The notes: generated by a model not told the origin, from the sequence alone. DNA of 64,000 bases from Candidatus Poseidoniaceae archaeon (GCA_049606035.1 JBMYVD010000003.1:10862-74861), one strand, 5' to 3'; counted from the stretch's first letter, positions 1-8,765 are shown. Numbers and translations are program-made.

Positions 1-73
1 GGGCAATGCAGGATTCGAACCCACGTCTCCGGCTCCGAAGGCCGGAAGGATATCCAGACTACCCTAATTGCCC
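1..73 (-). tRNA. tRNA-Arg (anticodon TCG)
   Basis: The reverse complement has a 7-bp acceptor stem (GGGCAAT/ATTGCCC). The anticodon stem is CCGGC/GCCGG around loop CTTCGGA. A GGTTCGAATCC T-loop is present. The 3' end sits at the window edge, so the discriminator base and CCA are not visible. Confidence 0.8.
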
Positions 74-150
74 TGCACCGCCGAAAAGCCACCCCTTCTT
101 GAATCACACCCTCGCGTTCATTCAAGAGCCTGTGCCAACTAGGGCTACTC

Positions 151-546
151 ATGGGAAGCAACTCTCCTTGTGTTGAGAAGGGTTGTAGCATGTGCTGTAG
201 AGAGACAGTTATGCCGATAACAGCAACAGAGGCCAGCCGACTATCTAGGAGAACTGGATTGTCTGAAGACCAATTTTGCAGTAAAGATGATTCTGGAATT
301 AGGCGATTGTTGAACAATCAAGATACGAAAGCCTGCGTCTTTCTGGCTACCAGTTCAGATTTGCCAACAGCTCCTGGCATCTGTACCGTATATGATGCCA
401 GGCCACTTGGCTGTCGCACATATCCCGTAATCTTGGATGAGCAAGATTTGGCCATATTGGATGACCTATGTCCTTACACAAGTGAATTTGATGAGCCAAC
501 CGAAAATGATGCTTTGCGACTTCTCAACTTTGAGTCGAAGCTTTAG
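151..546 (+). CDS. YkgJ-family Cys-cluster (putative Zn/Fe-chelating) protein
   Basis: N-terminal CVEKGCSMCC cluster plus downstream C..F and GC motifs, typical of UPF0153/YkgJ. Size is 131 aa. Confidence 0.55.
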   Translation: MGSNSPCVEKGCSMCCRETVMPITATEASRLSRRTGLSEDQFCSKDDSGIRRLLNNQDTKACVFLATSSDLPTAPGICTVYDARPLGCRTYPVILDEQDLAILDDLCPYTSEFDEPTENDALRLLNFESKL

Positions 547-1555
547 CAATGATCAGGACTCTACCTAGGGACTTGTGTACTGGAATACCGTACGCAGACT
601 CAATTTCATAACCGTGTAATTTGATATCAGTTGTGATTTCTTCATCAAGGTCATCGCCGCCAGGAGAAACTGGTAGAATAACCACGAGTTTACTGTTAGG
701 AGATTGCTTGCGAACATTTTCTAGCATGTCTTCGATCAGTTTCTCATCGCTTGGTGAATTCCTACCATAAGGCGGGTCAACAACCACTGCTGCAACGTTT
801 TCGGGGAGTTCGTACCTTGTAGCGTCTCCTCTCACAACTTTGGCGTCAACATCGGCCCAGTCGATATTTTGCTGACAACCATCGACCATAACAGGGTCGA
901 AATCGATACCAAGAGTCTCTCTCCCGCTTAGCGCGGATTCAATCAGTATTCCACCGGTTCCGCACATTGGGTCAACGACGACTCCATCTCTGGTTCCCGC
1001 TGCTATGTTTACTGCAGACCTTGCTAAGCGTGGCTCTAGGCTTACAGGGCGGAAGAACGGTCGCTTATTTGCGCGCATTGCAGACCAACCATGTTTCCCT
1101 GGCCCTTGACCTACCATCCAGCCCCATGCGACATAACCTGCAGAATTGTCCAATACAACTCCGAATTTGTGTGTTGGATTATTAAGGTCAAATGTTGAGC
1201 CAGCATCGTGGAATTTGCCTCCCAAATGTCTCTCAATATCTCTGGTTGCTACGGGAAGTTTGCCTTCGTGTCTCCAACATTCAACAGCCATCGATCCTTT
1301 TGCAGTCACAGTAATTTTTGCTAATAGGTCGTCAATTGATTCCCATTTTGCTATACCGCCGCCGACTAAAACACATTCACAGCCAGACATTCTGTGAGCG
1401 TTTCTCCAATCACTTTCTCCATTTGCAATAAGTAGTCTTCTGGCATCAGTTCTCTCTATGTCTGAACTAGGAAACATAGCCTTTGCTTCCGCTCTTGATA
1501 TTGCAGGATGCCATCCACGCAGTGCAATTATTGCAGATGGATTTGAATTCATCAA
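524..1555 (-). CDS. THUMP-domain tRNA (guanine-N2)-methyltransferase, Trm11/Trm-G10 type
   Basis: SLEPRLARSAVNIA, then the SAM motif VVDPMCGTGGILIE and the catalytic motif VVDPPYGR. The N-terminal half resembles a THUMP domain. Confidence 0.75.
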   Translation of the reverse strand: MMNSNPSAIIALRGWHPAISRAEAKAMFPSSDIERTDARRLLIANGESDWRNAHRMSGCECVLVGGGIAKWESIDDLLAKITVTAKGSMAVECWRHEGKLPVATRDIERHLGGKFHDAGSTFDLNNPTHKFGVVLDNSAGYVAWGWMVGQGPGKHGWSAMRANKRPFFRPVSLEPRLARSAVNIAAGTRDGVVVDPMCGTGGILIESALSGRETLGIDFDPVMVDGCQQNIDWADVDAKVVRGDATRYELPENVAAVVVDPPYGRNSPSDEKLIEDMLENVRKQSPNSKLVVILPVSPGGDDLDEEITTDIKLHGYEIESAYGIPVHKSLGRVLIIAKASTQS

Positions 1556-1556
1556 A

Positions 1557-2582
1557 TCATCTCGTGTATATCTTTACAGACTCTTCTCCCCATTTCGTCT
1601 GCTCCATGTTAGTGAACTTAGAAAGGTCAAAATCGGCCTCAACTGGTTCGTTGTGTGTGAGATTTGATTGAACTAATATGAACTCATCAACCAAGTCAGA
1701 ACTCAAGAATCGATTGATTGTATCGGGCCCGCCTTCGACCAGTAGCCTTTGGATTTCTAAATCTCCAAGCATATCCAGCATAGCGGATAGTCCTCGGAAA
1801 TCATCGGTTAGATGTTTGGTTTCCAATCCATCAGTCAGTACTTTGGAGTTGGAATTTATTCGGTTGTTTGGGTCGATAATTACTCTCAAGGGCTGCCTCT
1901 GAGATTCAACAAGTCTGACATTAAGAGAAGGGTCATCTCTGATTACCGTATTTGCACCAACCAAAATTGCACAGCAGTCTTTTCTCAACCTGTGAACTTC
2001 CTTCAAACATTCTTCACTGGTGAATCTAGCAGGGCCCTTAGATAAATCATCAACTGAACCATTAGCGTCGATTGCGACTTTGACAGTGACGAATGGTTTT
2101 CGATTGCTACACCAGTGTAGGAATTCTCGCATTTGATGTGCAGCTTCTTCTTCCAATAATCCAGTTTCAACCTTAATTCCAGCATCTTCCAATACAGATA
2201 TGCCATTTCCTCTAACTATTGGATTGGGGTCTCCATGGGCGATTACTACATTGCTAATTCCTGCCCATAGCAGCGCCTCAGTACAGGGGGGAGTCCTGCC
2301 AAAGTGATTGCAAGGCTCTAGGGTAACGTAAGCGGTAGCTCCGTTTGTGTTGTGGCCTTTTTCTTCTGCATCGTGGATCGCCATTTGCTCTGCGTGTAGC
2401 CCACCTAGGTGGTCATGCCATCCTTCTGCAATGACTTTTCCATCCTTGACTAATACACACCCGACCAGTGGATTTGGCCTGACTTGACCTCGTCCTTTTT
2501 CTGCGACTTCGATAGCGCGTCGCATGTATCCATGCTCTGCATCACTCCAAGCCATGGACCACGCGAGGCAGGCATTAGACAT
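1557..2582 (-). CDS. ribD: Bifunctional riboflavin biosynthesis protein RibD (pyrimidine deaminase/uracil reductase)
   Basis: Deaminase zinc motifs HAEQMAI and PCNHFGRTPPC, followed by a reductase half (LVGANTV..DDP, LLVEGGP). The ORF is open up to 2687, but the Met at 2582 (or 2555) avoids overlap with the divergent kinase gene. Confidence 0.85.
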   Translation of the reverse strand: MSNACLAWSMAWSDAEHGYMRRAIEVAEKGRGQVRPNPLVGCVLVKDGKVIAEGWHDHLGGLHAEQMAIHDAEEKGHNTNGATAYVTLEPCNHFGRTPPCTEALLWAGISNVVIAHGDPNPIVRGNGISVLEDAGIKVETGLLEEEAAHQMREFLHWCSNRKPFVTVKVAIDANGSVDDLSKGPARFTSEECLKEVHRLRKDCCAILVGANTVIRDDPSLNVRLVESQRQPLRVIIDPNNRINSNSKVLTDGLETKHLTDDFRGLSAMLDMLGDLEIQRLLVEGGPDTINRFLSSDLVDEFILVQSNLTHNEPVEADFDLSKFTNMEQTKWGEESVKIYTR

Positions 2583-2642
2583 GAGGCCATCGCCTTGTAG
2601 GGACAAGAGGATTGATGTCCTCAACGTATCATAGGCACCATT

Positions 2643-3665
2643 ATGGGAGCATTGCACTGCATCGTTAATCCTGCTAGCAGGGACCATACATGCGGCAAAA
2701 GATGGCCCTCTATTTCTGCAAAATTAGAATCAAAAGGGTTTGATGTAGTAACCCATATGACAAGTAGAGTTGGTCACGCTAGTGAAATCGCTTGGGAATT
2801 ACGACAGCAAAATGTGGAAGGCCCAATAGTAGCAGTTGGCGGTGATGGAACCGTACACGAAGTAGCCAGTGCCCTAAGAGGTAGCGATATACCACTGGGA
2901 ATTCTTCCCTTTGGCTCGGGTAATGATTACGCAATAACCCAGGGAATTTCTAGGAAAGACGTGGACCAAGCAATCGATGTGCTTGCAAACGGAGTTGACA
3001 GAAGATGCGCCGCATGGCGCTTGGAAGGATTCCCTGCATCTGCAACAGGGGATTATCCCGCGCCTAAAGCAAATCAGTGGGACGGAGAAGCAACCCAAGA
3101 TGGGAAGGTAGTTCGATGGGTATTCCTAGAGTCTGATTCTGGAATAACCAGTGCAATGTCTAGGGCTAAATTATCGAGAGCGAAGTGGATTAAGGGGAAT
3201 AAGAAATACACTTACCTTGGAATAACCACTATTCCATTCTGGAAGAGAAGAAAAGTGTGGTTGAAACTCGATGATTCTGAAGGCGAAATAATCGATTTCA
3301 CGATGTTTGCTGCAACAACAGGTGAGACCTTTGGTGGAGGTTACAAAGTCTGCCCAGGCGTATCTCCCGTTGACAATAATGGGATGATAATGTATGCTCC
3401 AAGACTGTCAAGAATCGCGATGTTATCTCTGATGGGGCCGATGAAAAAAGGCAAACACGTTGGAAAATGGGGAATTACAATGCAAAAGGCGAATCGCATC
3501 GAGATCAAACCGGTTAATTCCAATGGAGAGGTATCCGATGTGCCTCTACCTTTGTCGACATGGGTTCAGGCTGACGGAGAACCTATTATTCTCAGTCCAG
3601 CAACTCTAGAATGGCATACTGAGCAATTGCTCGTTCGCGGTGCAAAGGATGTGCCTTGGGCCTAG
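2643..3665 (+). CDS. Diacylglycerol kinase-family lipid kinase (YegS/BmrU-like)
   Basis: N-terminal IVNPAS, and a GGDGTVHEV nucleotide-binding motif followed by GILPFGSGND. Confidence 0.75.
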   Translation: MGALHCIVNPASRDHTCGKRWPSISAKLESKGFDVVTHMTSRVGHASEIAWELRQQNVEGPIVAVGGDGTVHEVASALRGSDIPLGILPFGSGNDYAITQGISRKDVDQAIDVLANGVDRRCAAWRLEGFPASATGDYPAPKANQWDGEATQDGKVVRWVFLESDSGITSAMSRAKLSRAKWIKGNKKYTYLGITTIPFWKRRKVWLKLDDSEGEIIDFTMFAATTGETFGGGYKVCPGVSPVDNNGMIMYAPRLSRIAMLSLMGPMKKGKHVGKWGITMQKANRIEIKPVNSNGEVSDVPLPLSTWVQADGEPIILSPATLEWHTEQLLVRGAKDVPWA

Positions 3666-5035
3666 AATGAGAAGTCACTGAATTCTTCGTCATCAGCGAT
3701 TGATGCTCTCTTGTCCTCGACTACTCTTTCAGGCTGAGGTTCTGGTTCTGCTCTTTGCGCAGCACGCTTTTTCACCGAGCGACGCTTTACTGGCCTGCTC
3801 CCCTTGGTCGGGTTAGCAGCAGCAGTAGGTTGGGTGGCTCTGCTTGACATACTCGAAGAGAAGTGTTCTCTCTTTGCTGGCTCAGGTTGAGTAGAAACAA
3901 CTCCGGCTGACGGCATTGGTGTACTGGAGACTTGAGGTATCGATGATGCAACAGACTGTGCGGATTCCATTTCCTTGGCTTCACTAGTCACCACTACAGA
4001 ATTTCCGCCACCGAAGGTCTCCTGCCCGCTATCGCTGCTATCAGATTGTAGAACGCTGTCTAGACTGAAGCCCGGAATAGCAACATCTTCCTCTTTTTTC
4101 TTCTTTGGAGGAGGTGATGATTTCTTCTTTGGTTCTGCCCTTTCAGCAGGGCTTACTAGACCATCTTTCTTTGATTGCTTGATGTCTTTCTTCATTTGAA
4201 CAGATTTAGCGAATCCCTCTCTTCCGAGCAGTGCTTCTGCGGTTGCTTTTGCGCCCTGTCTGATGACCATAGTCGAGACCACGAAGAGTCCGATTCCGCC
4301 TCCTATTCCGACAAGTAGGAAGAATAGGATAAATGTCCACCCACCAAAGATATCCGTATCGCCAAGTGAATATTCATCGTCATGCTCCCCATCTAAACTT
4401 ACCACGCCTTGGCTGGTTTTGATACTAGTAACGATCATGCCGTGACCTTGTCCTTCAAGAGCACATGTTTCTGCATTTATTCCCCCTAGACCATTGCCTT
4501 CGATGACGTAGCCTCTAATCTCGATAGGCTCATGCCAATGCTGAAGGATATTGAGCCCGTTTGCGACGTTTTCTGATGCAGGAATAATTCCAATTACTTC
4601 CCATTCATTTTCATTGTCTGACAGTTTTGAACCTACTGCTTCGCTTGGATTCAGTGGCTCAGACCAATCTTTCAAACTGATTCTACCAGCCTTACCTTCT
4701 TCCACAGCTTCTGCAGAACTCCAAGACATTGTATGGATAATTACAGCAGCACCCATAGCTGACTGCTCATCGGAAAGCGTTGGGTGCTCAGAATATACCT
4801 CGGATGAAATCAGCATACCTGTCACTTTCATTTGTGACTCGCCACATCCAATAATCGAGACGGTTTTCTCAAATCCCTCGCCCATTTTGGATTTAACTTC
4901 AGCACTGTTTCCATCGATTTCGACATGTACCTGGCCATCTCCAGTACCCCATTCAGGGGTATCATTGTAGATACATCCTGCCATGAACATAAGCAGAACC
5001 AGCATCATCCCGAGACGCGTGTGAAGGCGGGCCAT
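3662..5035 (-). CDS. Membrane-anchored lipoprotein-like protein with K/P/S-rich cytoplasmic tail
   Basis: Signal and lipobox-like N-terminus (LLMFMAGC). One internal TM helix (WTFILFFLLVGIGGGIGLFVV). The C-terminal third is low-complexity (PPPKKKKEE, S/P-rich). No recognisable catalytic motif. Confidence 0.6.
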   Translation of the reverse strand: MARLHTRLGMMLVLLMFMAGCIYNDTPEWGTGDGQVHVEIDGNSAEVKSKMGEGFEKTVSIIGCGESQMKVTGMLISSEVYSEHPTLSDEQSAMGAAVIIHTMSWSSAEAVEEGKAGRISLKDWSEPLNPSEAVGSKLSDNENEWEVIGIIPASENVANGLNILQHWHEPIEIRGYVIEGNGLGGINAETCALEGQGHGMIVTSIKTSQGVVSLDGEHDDEYSLGDTDIFGGWTFILFFLLVGIGGGIGLFVVSTMVIRQGAKATAEALLGREGFAKSVQMKKDIKQSKKDGLVSPAERAEPKKKSSPPPKKKKEEDVAIPGFSLDSVLQSDSSDSGQETFGGGNSVVVTSEAKEMESAQSVASSIPQVSSTPMPSAGVVSTQPEPAKREHFSSSMSSRATQPTAAANPTKGSRPVKRRSVKKRAAQRAEPEPQPERVVEDKRASIADDEEFSDFSF

Positions 5036-5104
5036 GTTCTATGCACGGCGCCTTGAGTTGTTGAACCCTTTCCATGAACAGTAGAAAATTGGGCAAGAAA
5101 ATTA

Positions 5105-5189
5105 GGCGCGGAGAGAGAGATTCGAACTCCCGTGTCCGGGGGACAGTGGATTTCAAGTCCACCGCAATACCAGGCTATGCGATCTCCGC
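5105..5189 (-). tRNA. tRNA-Ser (anticodon TGA)
   Basis: The reverse complement has acceptor GCGGAGA/TCTCCGC. The anticodon stem is GTGGA/TCCAC around loop CTTGAAA. A long variable arm (GTCC..GGAC) and a GTTCGAATC T-loop are present. Confidence 0.85.
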
Positions 5190-5232
5190 CTAGTCTGTGG
5201 GGAGGGCATTTCTTTCAAGAATCTATCCTTAA

Positions 5233-6981
5233 TCATTCATCGCGACTTGAAGCGATAATTGCAAGTCCAATTCCTGCTGATAGGGTCACAAACGTGAACC
5301 CTGGTAGTCCGTTGTCATGATCATCTGGATGTGAATTTAGGTTTGCAGCCCGCTTAACATCCTCAACGAAATGGTCCACGTTCCAATCATATCCGACAAA
5401 CACAACTTTTGGTTTCCAATCAGAATCTAGTATGAATGTTTGAGTTGAATGTGAGGTAGACGTGTCATTCTTTACCTCGTTAGGGTCAGCCTCAGGAGAA
5501 GGAAGGTCTGAAGCATCTTGTCCTTCAGCAACCCAAGCAAAGTGGTTGGCGTCTTCCATCAGCATTGCTTCATCAGCTGAGTCGGAGGCCGACATCCAGT
5601 GGCTAAACGAGCCCATGTCGTGCCAGATGTATAGGCTGTAATTTGAATCAGAGGCTCCAATTGAGGTAACAGAAGAATCGTTTTCAGAATAATCAATGTC
5701 GTTTTGTGAAAGTGCAACGTTTGTGTGCTCAATCGCACTTACTTCTGCCGTGTTGTAATATCTTGCATCAAATAATTCTGTAGAACCATCTGCATAGACC
5801 ACTCCTAATTTGTGAACCATGTAATCATCAGGAGCAGGCATCGAGGATTCGTCTGTGGAATTCGGCGCCCACAAAACGTGTTGCTTGTCGACTAAGGTGT
5901 CCATTCCAACATCGCTCTCAATCCAGGATTCGTTTGTTTCGTCCCAGTAGTGTAATGCCCACCACCATGAATAATCATCAGGGGCTTCAACCCCGTCTAT
6001 GCTGGTCATGTAATGGCCATACTCAGAGTCTGGAGCTACAAATGATTCTAGTGCACCCATTGACATGTGCCATGCGTTTAACTCGTCCATCACGACTTTT
6101 TCTGTAGAACCATCAGGCTGCACGATTGTAAATGAAACATCATCGCCTTGCGGAGATGGTATCGATGAATCATCGGTTGAGTTTGGCGCGAATGCAAGAT
6201 TTCCTACTTCGATAGAATCAATTCCCATCATTGAAGCCTCCCAGACTTCGCTTGTAGTATTCCAGGAGTGTAATTCCCACCACCATGAGTAATCAGAAGG
6301 AGCATCGTCTCCATTTATGCCAGATACGAATGTACCCCATTGGCTAGAACTTGAGTTAACTGTCCAGCCATTCTTGTATGCTGATGCTGTTAATTGGTCA
6401 AATCCGTTAAGTTCGACATTTTCAGAATAAATCTCACCGCTAGGTAAAGCGACCATTACCGTCGGTTCCCCATCTTCATGGGAATGAGTATCTCCTCCAC
6501 CATGGTCGTGCCCGTGGTCATGATTTTCTAATTCAGTAGTGTTGACCTGTATCATGAAATCGTCCCATACTTCCTGAATATCTTCTAGTTCAGCGGTTAG
6601 GTGTGGCCATGATGCTCCATAGTTGTCCATGTATTCTCTTAACACGGCAGGAGTATCTGTAGCTGGGTCTACGGTGATTGATATGAATTGGTAATCAATT
6701 CCATCTAATTGTTGTTCAGCACTTACTAGGTTGCTTGTTATTACCGGGCAAACATCAGGGCACGTTGTAAAAATAAACGCTACAACGATTACGTCATGTG
6801 TACCTTTCTTTAAAGAATAGTAATCGTAATTCTCGTCTATCAATACGTGGTCAGAAATTTTTTCTCTTTCCAATACGTAACCATTCCAATGGTGGTCGTG
6901 GTTATCAGAACCTGAAACAGTGTCAATTGGAAGGACTGACAATGCCAGAGTGGTTGCTACAGCGAGTGCAAACCAGCGCAT
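5233..6981 (-). CDS. Sco1/SenC-type copper chaperone with a large internal repeat insertion and a PGF-CTERM-like anchor
   Basis: Signal peptide, then the thioredoxin-fold motif FTTCPDVCP and ISITVDPATDTP. The conserved HS..F.LD element (SHSTQTFILDSDWK) lies about 430 residues downstream. Three W-rich repeats sit in between (DYSWWWELHSW, DYSWWWALHYW, and a degenerate NYSLYIWHDMGSFSHW). The C-terminus is GLPGFTFVTLSAGIGLAIIASSRDE. Confidence 0.75.
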   Translation of the reverse strand: MRWFALAVATTLALSVLPIDTVSGSDNHDHHWNGYVLEREKISDHVLIDENYDYYSLKKGTHDVIVVAFIFTTCPDVCPVITSNLVSAEQQLDGIDYQFISITVDPATDTPAVLREYMDNYGASWPHLTAELEDIQEVWDDFMIQVNTTELENHDHGHDHGGGDTHSHEDGEPTVMVALPSGEIYSENVELNGFDQLTASAYKNGWTVNSSSSQWGTFVSGINGDDAPSDYSWWWELHSWNTTSEVWEASMMGIDSIEVGNLAFAPNSTDDSSIPSPQGDDVSFTIVQPDGSTEKVVMDELNAWHMSMGALESFVAPDSEYGHYMTSIDGVEAPDDYSWWWALHYWDETNESWIESDVGMDTLVDKQHVLWAPNSTDESSMPAPDDYMVHKLGVVYADGSTELFDARYYNTAEVSAIEHTNVALSQNDIDYSENDSSVTSIGASDSNYSLYIWHDMGSFSHWMSASDSADEAMLMEDANHFAWVAEGQDASDLPSPEADPNEVKNDTSTSHSTQTFILDSDWKPKVVFVGYDWNVDHFVEDVKRAANLNSHPDDHDNGLPGFTFVTLSAGIGLAIIASSRDE

Positions 6982-7028
6982 AAGTTGTCCTCTATACTTT
7001 CCTTAATGAAAGTTTGAGTTCGCTGTTA

Positions 7029-7433
7029 TCATTCTGTTACGTAGGAGTAATCCCAGTTTGGAGTACACCATGCAGGTAGTTGGTCGATTCCAGCTGGATT
7101 GGAAAGCCCAATACCCCATAGCATTAGTGCTGCGAAAATCACAGGGAATAATGCAGTGCGTGTGTAGATGAATGGGTCTCCCTTCAAGTGCATGAAGAAG
7201 GCAGCAATCCCATATCCTTTGATAATTCCAACAACGATTAGAACTCCCCAAACAGCGGTTCTAGTAATTTCAATGTCAGTACCAGGAATAACTTCAAAGA
7301 AAACAGCCGCAACTTCGAACAAAGTGAAGAACATCAGAATTAGGAAATTTACGTAGTAAACGTCCTTGCCGATGAGATCTGCCATTTTTTGGAAAAGTCC
7401 TGCTATTGGTCCAGTATACTTGTGTTCACCCAT
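7029..7433 (-). CDS. Small membrane protein, probable oxidase subunit IV (prokaryotic COX4-like)
   Basis: Three predicted TM helices and an FFMHLKGD motif resembling the FMHL signature of bacterial caa3/aa3 subunit IV. It lies between coxC and sco on the same strand. Confidence 0.55.
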   Translation of the reverse strand: MGEHKYTGPIAGLFQKMADLIGKDVYYVNFLILMFFTLFEVAAVFFEVIPGTDIEITRTAVWGVLIVVGIIKGYGIAAFFMHLKGDPFIYTRTALFPVIFAALMLWGIGLSNPAGIDQLPAWCTPNWDYSYVTE

Positions 7434-7442
7434 GTTATCACC

Positions 7443-8765
7443 TCAATACAGATAGAATGCTGGGAAGATGGCAACCCACGCCAAATCCACGAAGTGCCAG
7501 TACAAACCGAAGTATTCGATTCCCTGGCCGTTGTGCTCGTCATACCCATTCTCAAGGACATCTGCCTTGAATATCATGAATAGCATGACTAACAATCCAA
7601 TGAATACGTGAAGACCGTGTGCTCCGGTTGCTACATAGAAGATAGAACCTGCTTGTGTATCGATTGTGAATCCTTCAGCGATTAGGTGGCTCCACTCAAC
7701 TAACTTCAGAACAATAAACATCGAACCTAGTGCTAGGGTAATGATAAGGTAATTTCTGACAGCCTTCTTTCTTGTTGGGAATAACTTAGCCATCAATGCA
7801 TTCTTTGATGGCTCCCAGTTTACATCCTTAGCCACCTTTAGTGCAAGGACGATGGTGTAAGAAGAGATAATCAGAGCAAATGTGTTGATTGCACCTGGTA
7901 GTAGTGTTCCAACTTCGTGGCGTAGTAGGTCTGATGCAGTTTGTGTGTCTACAAGGTCACACTTTCCTGCGTTAACAGCCCACTCAGTACACCATCCGGT
8001 TCTCATTCTCAAGTAAGAGGAGAAGAATGATGCGAAGACCATTGTCTCAGAGATTAGGAAAATCCACATTCCTGCCTTACGAATATCTTGCCCTTGGAAT
8101 GGAGCAGAGGTGGCGATCTGCTCCTGGTGTCCTTTGAGGTCCTCGTTCCACCAGTTGCCGATACCAATGATCAGAATTGCAGCACCGACTATCGACATTC
8201 CGAAATCTCCCATTTCAGCACTGTAGTCTAGTCCAAGTAGTGACTTGCATGTGTTGACGAATCCTGGGAATCCAATCATGAAAAACATCAGACCTGCAGC
8301 CATTAGAATCGGTGAAGCAGAGCCGTGGTGCTCTTCGTGGTCATCATGATGGTGGTCATCATGTTCTTCTTCTGGTTGAATACTATTGTAGAATCCTGAA
8401 ATTCCGTAGAATGCGGCATAGATAATCATCATGACAAGAATCGTCTTTCCAGCAGTTACCCATGTGAGATAGGATAGATGAGCGTCTACCTTAGCATCAT
8501 ATGCTTCATCCACAGCCTTCTCCGCAGCTTTTTGCTCTTCGAAAGATGCTTCAGGGTCGTCGGTTTCTGATTCGACGAGCATGTCAAGGTGGGCTTTTGC
8601 TTCATTGTAATCATCGTAAGCAGCATCCCATTCGTTCTTTTTTACAGTACCAACACCAACAGCGAATGCGCCGTATGCTGCAGCTCCAACAAATAGTAGG
8701 ATGACCGAAACGATGACTGCTCTCATCCAGACATCGTTCTTTACGTCGTGTAGACTTCCGCTCAT
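7443..8765 (-). CDS. coxC: Cytochrome c oxidase subunit III with N-terminal extension
   Basis: The C-terminal signature is YWHFVDLAWVAIFPAFYLY, preceded by GAHGLHVFIGL. About 200 extra N-terminal residues include additional TM helices and a His/Asp/Glu-rich loop (EEEHDDHHHDDHEEHHG). Confidence 0.85.
   Translation of the reverse strand: MSGSLHDVKNDVWMRAVIVSVILLFVGAAAYGAFAVGVGTVKKNEWDAAYDDYNEAKAHLDMLVESETDDPEASFEEQKAAEKAVDEAYDAKVDAHLSYLTWVTAGKTILVMMIIYAAFYGISGFYNSIQPEEEHDDHHHDDHEEHHGSASPILMAAGLMFFMIGFPGFVNTCKSLLGLDYSAEMGDFGMSIVGAAILIIGIGNWWNEDLKGHQEQIATSAPFQGQDIRKAGMWIFLISETMVFASFFSSYLRMRTGWCTEWAVNAGKCDLVDTQTASDLLRHEVGTLLPGAINTFALIISSYTIVLALKVAKDVNWEPSKNALMAKLFPTRKKAVRNYLIITLALGSMFIVLKLVEWSHLIAEGFTIDTQAGSIFYVATGAHGLHVFIGLLVMLFMIFKADVLENGYDEHNGQGIEYFGLYWHFVDLAWVAIFPAFYLY

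Noticed and set aside
98-126. Inverted repeat of 7 bp (cttgaat ... attcaag) between tRNA-Arg and the YkgJ gene
   Set aside because: The stem is short, and it lies in a divergent promoter spacer. There is no flanking T-tract or second copy, so it is not distinctive enough to interpret.
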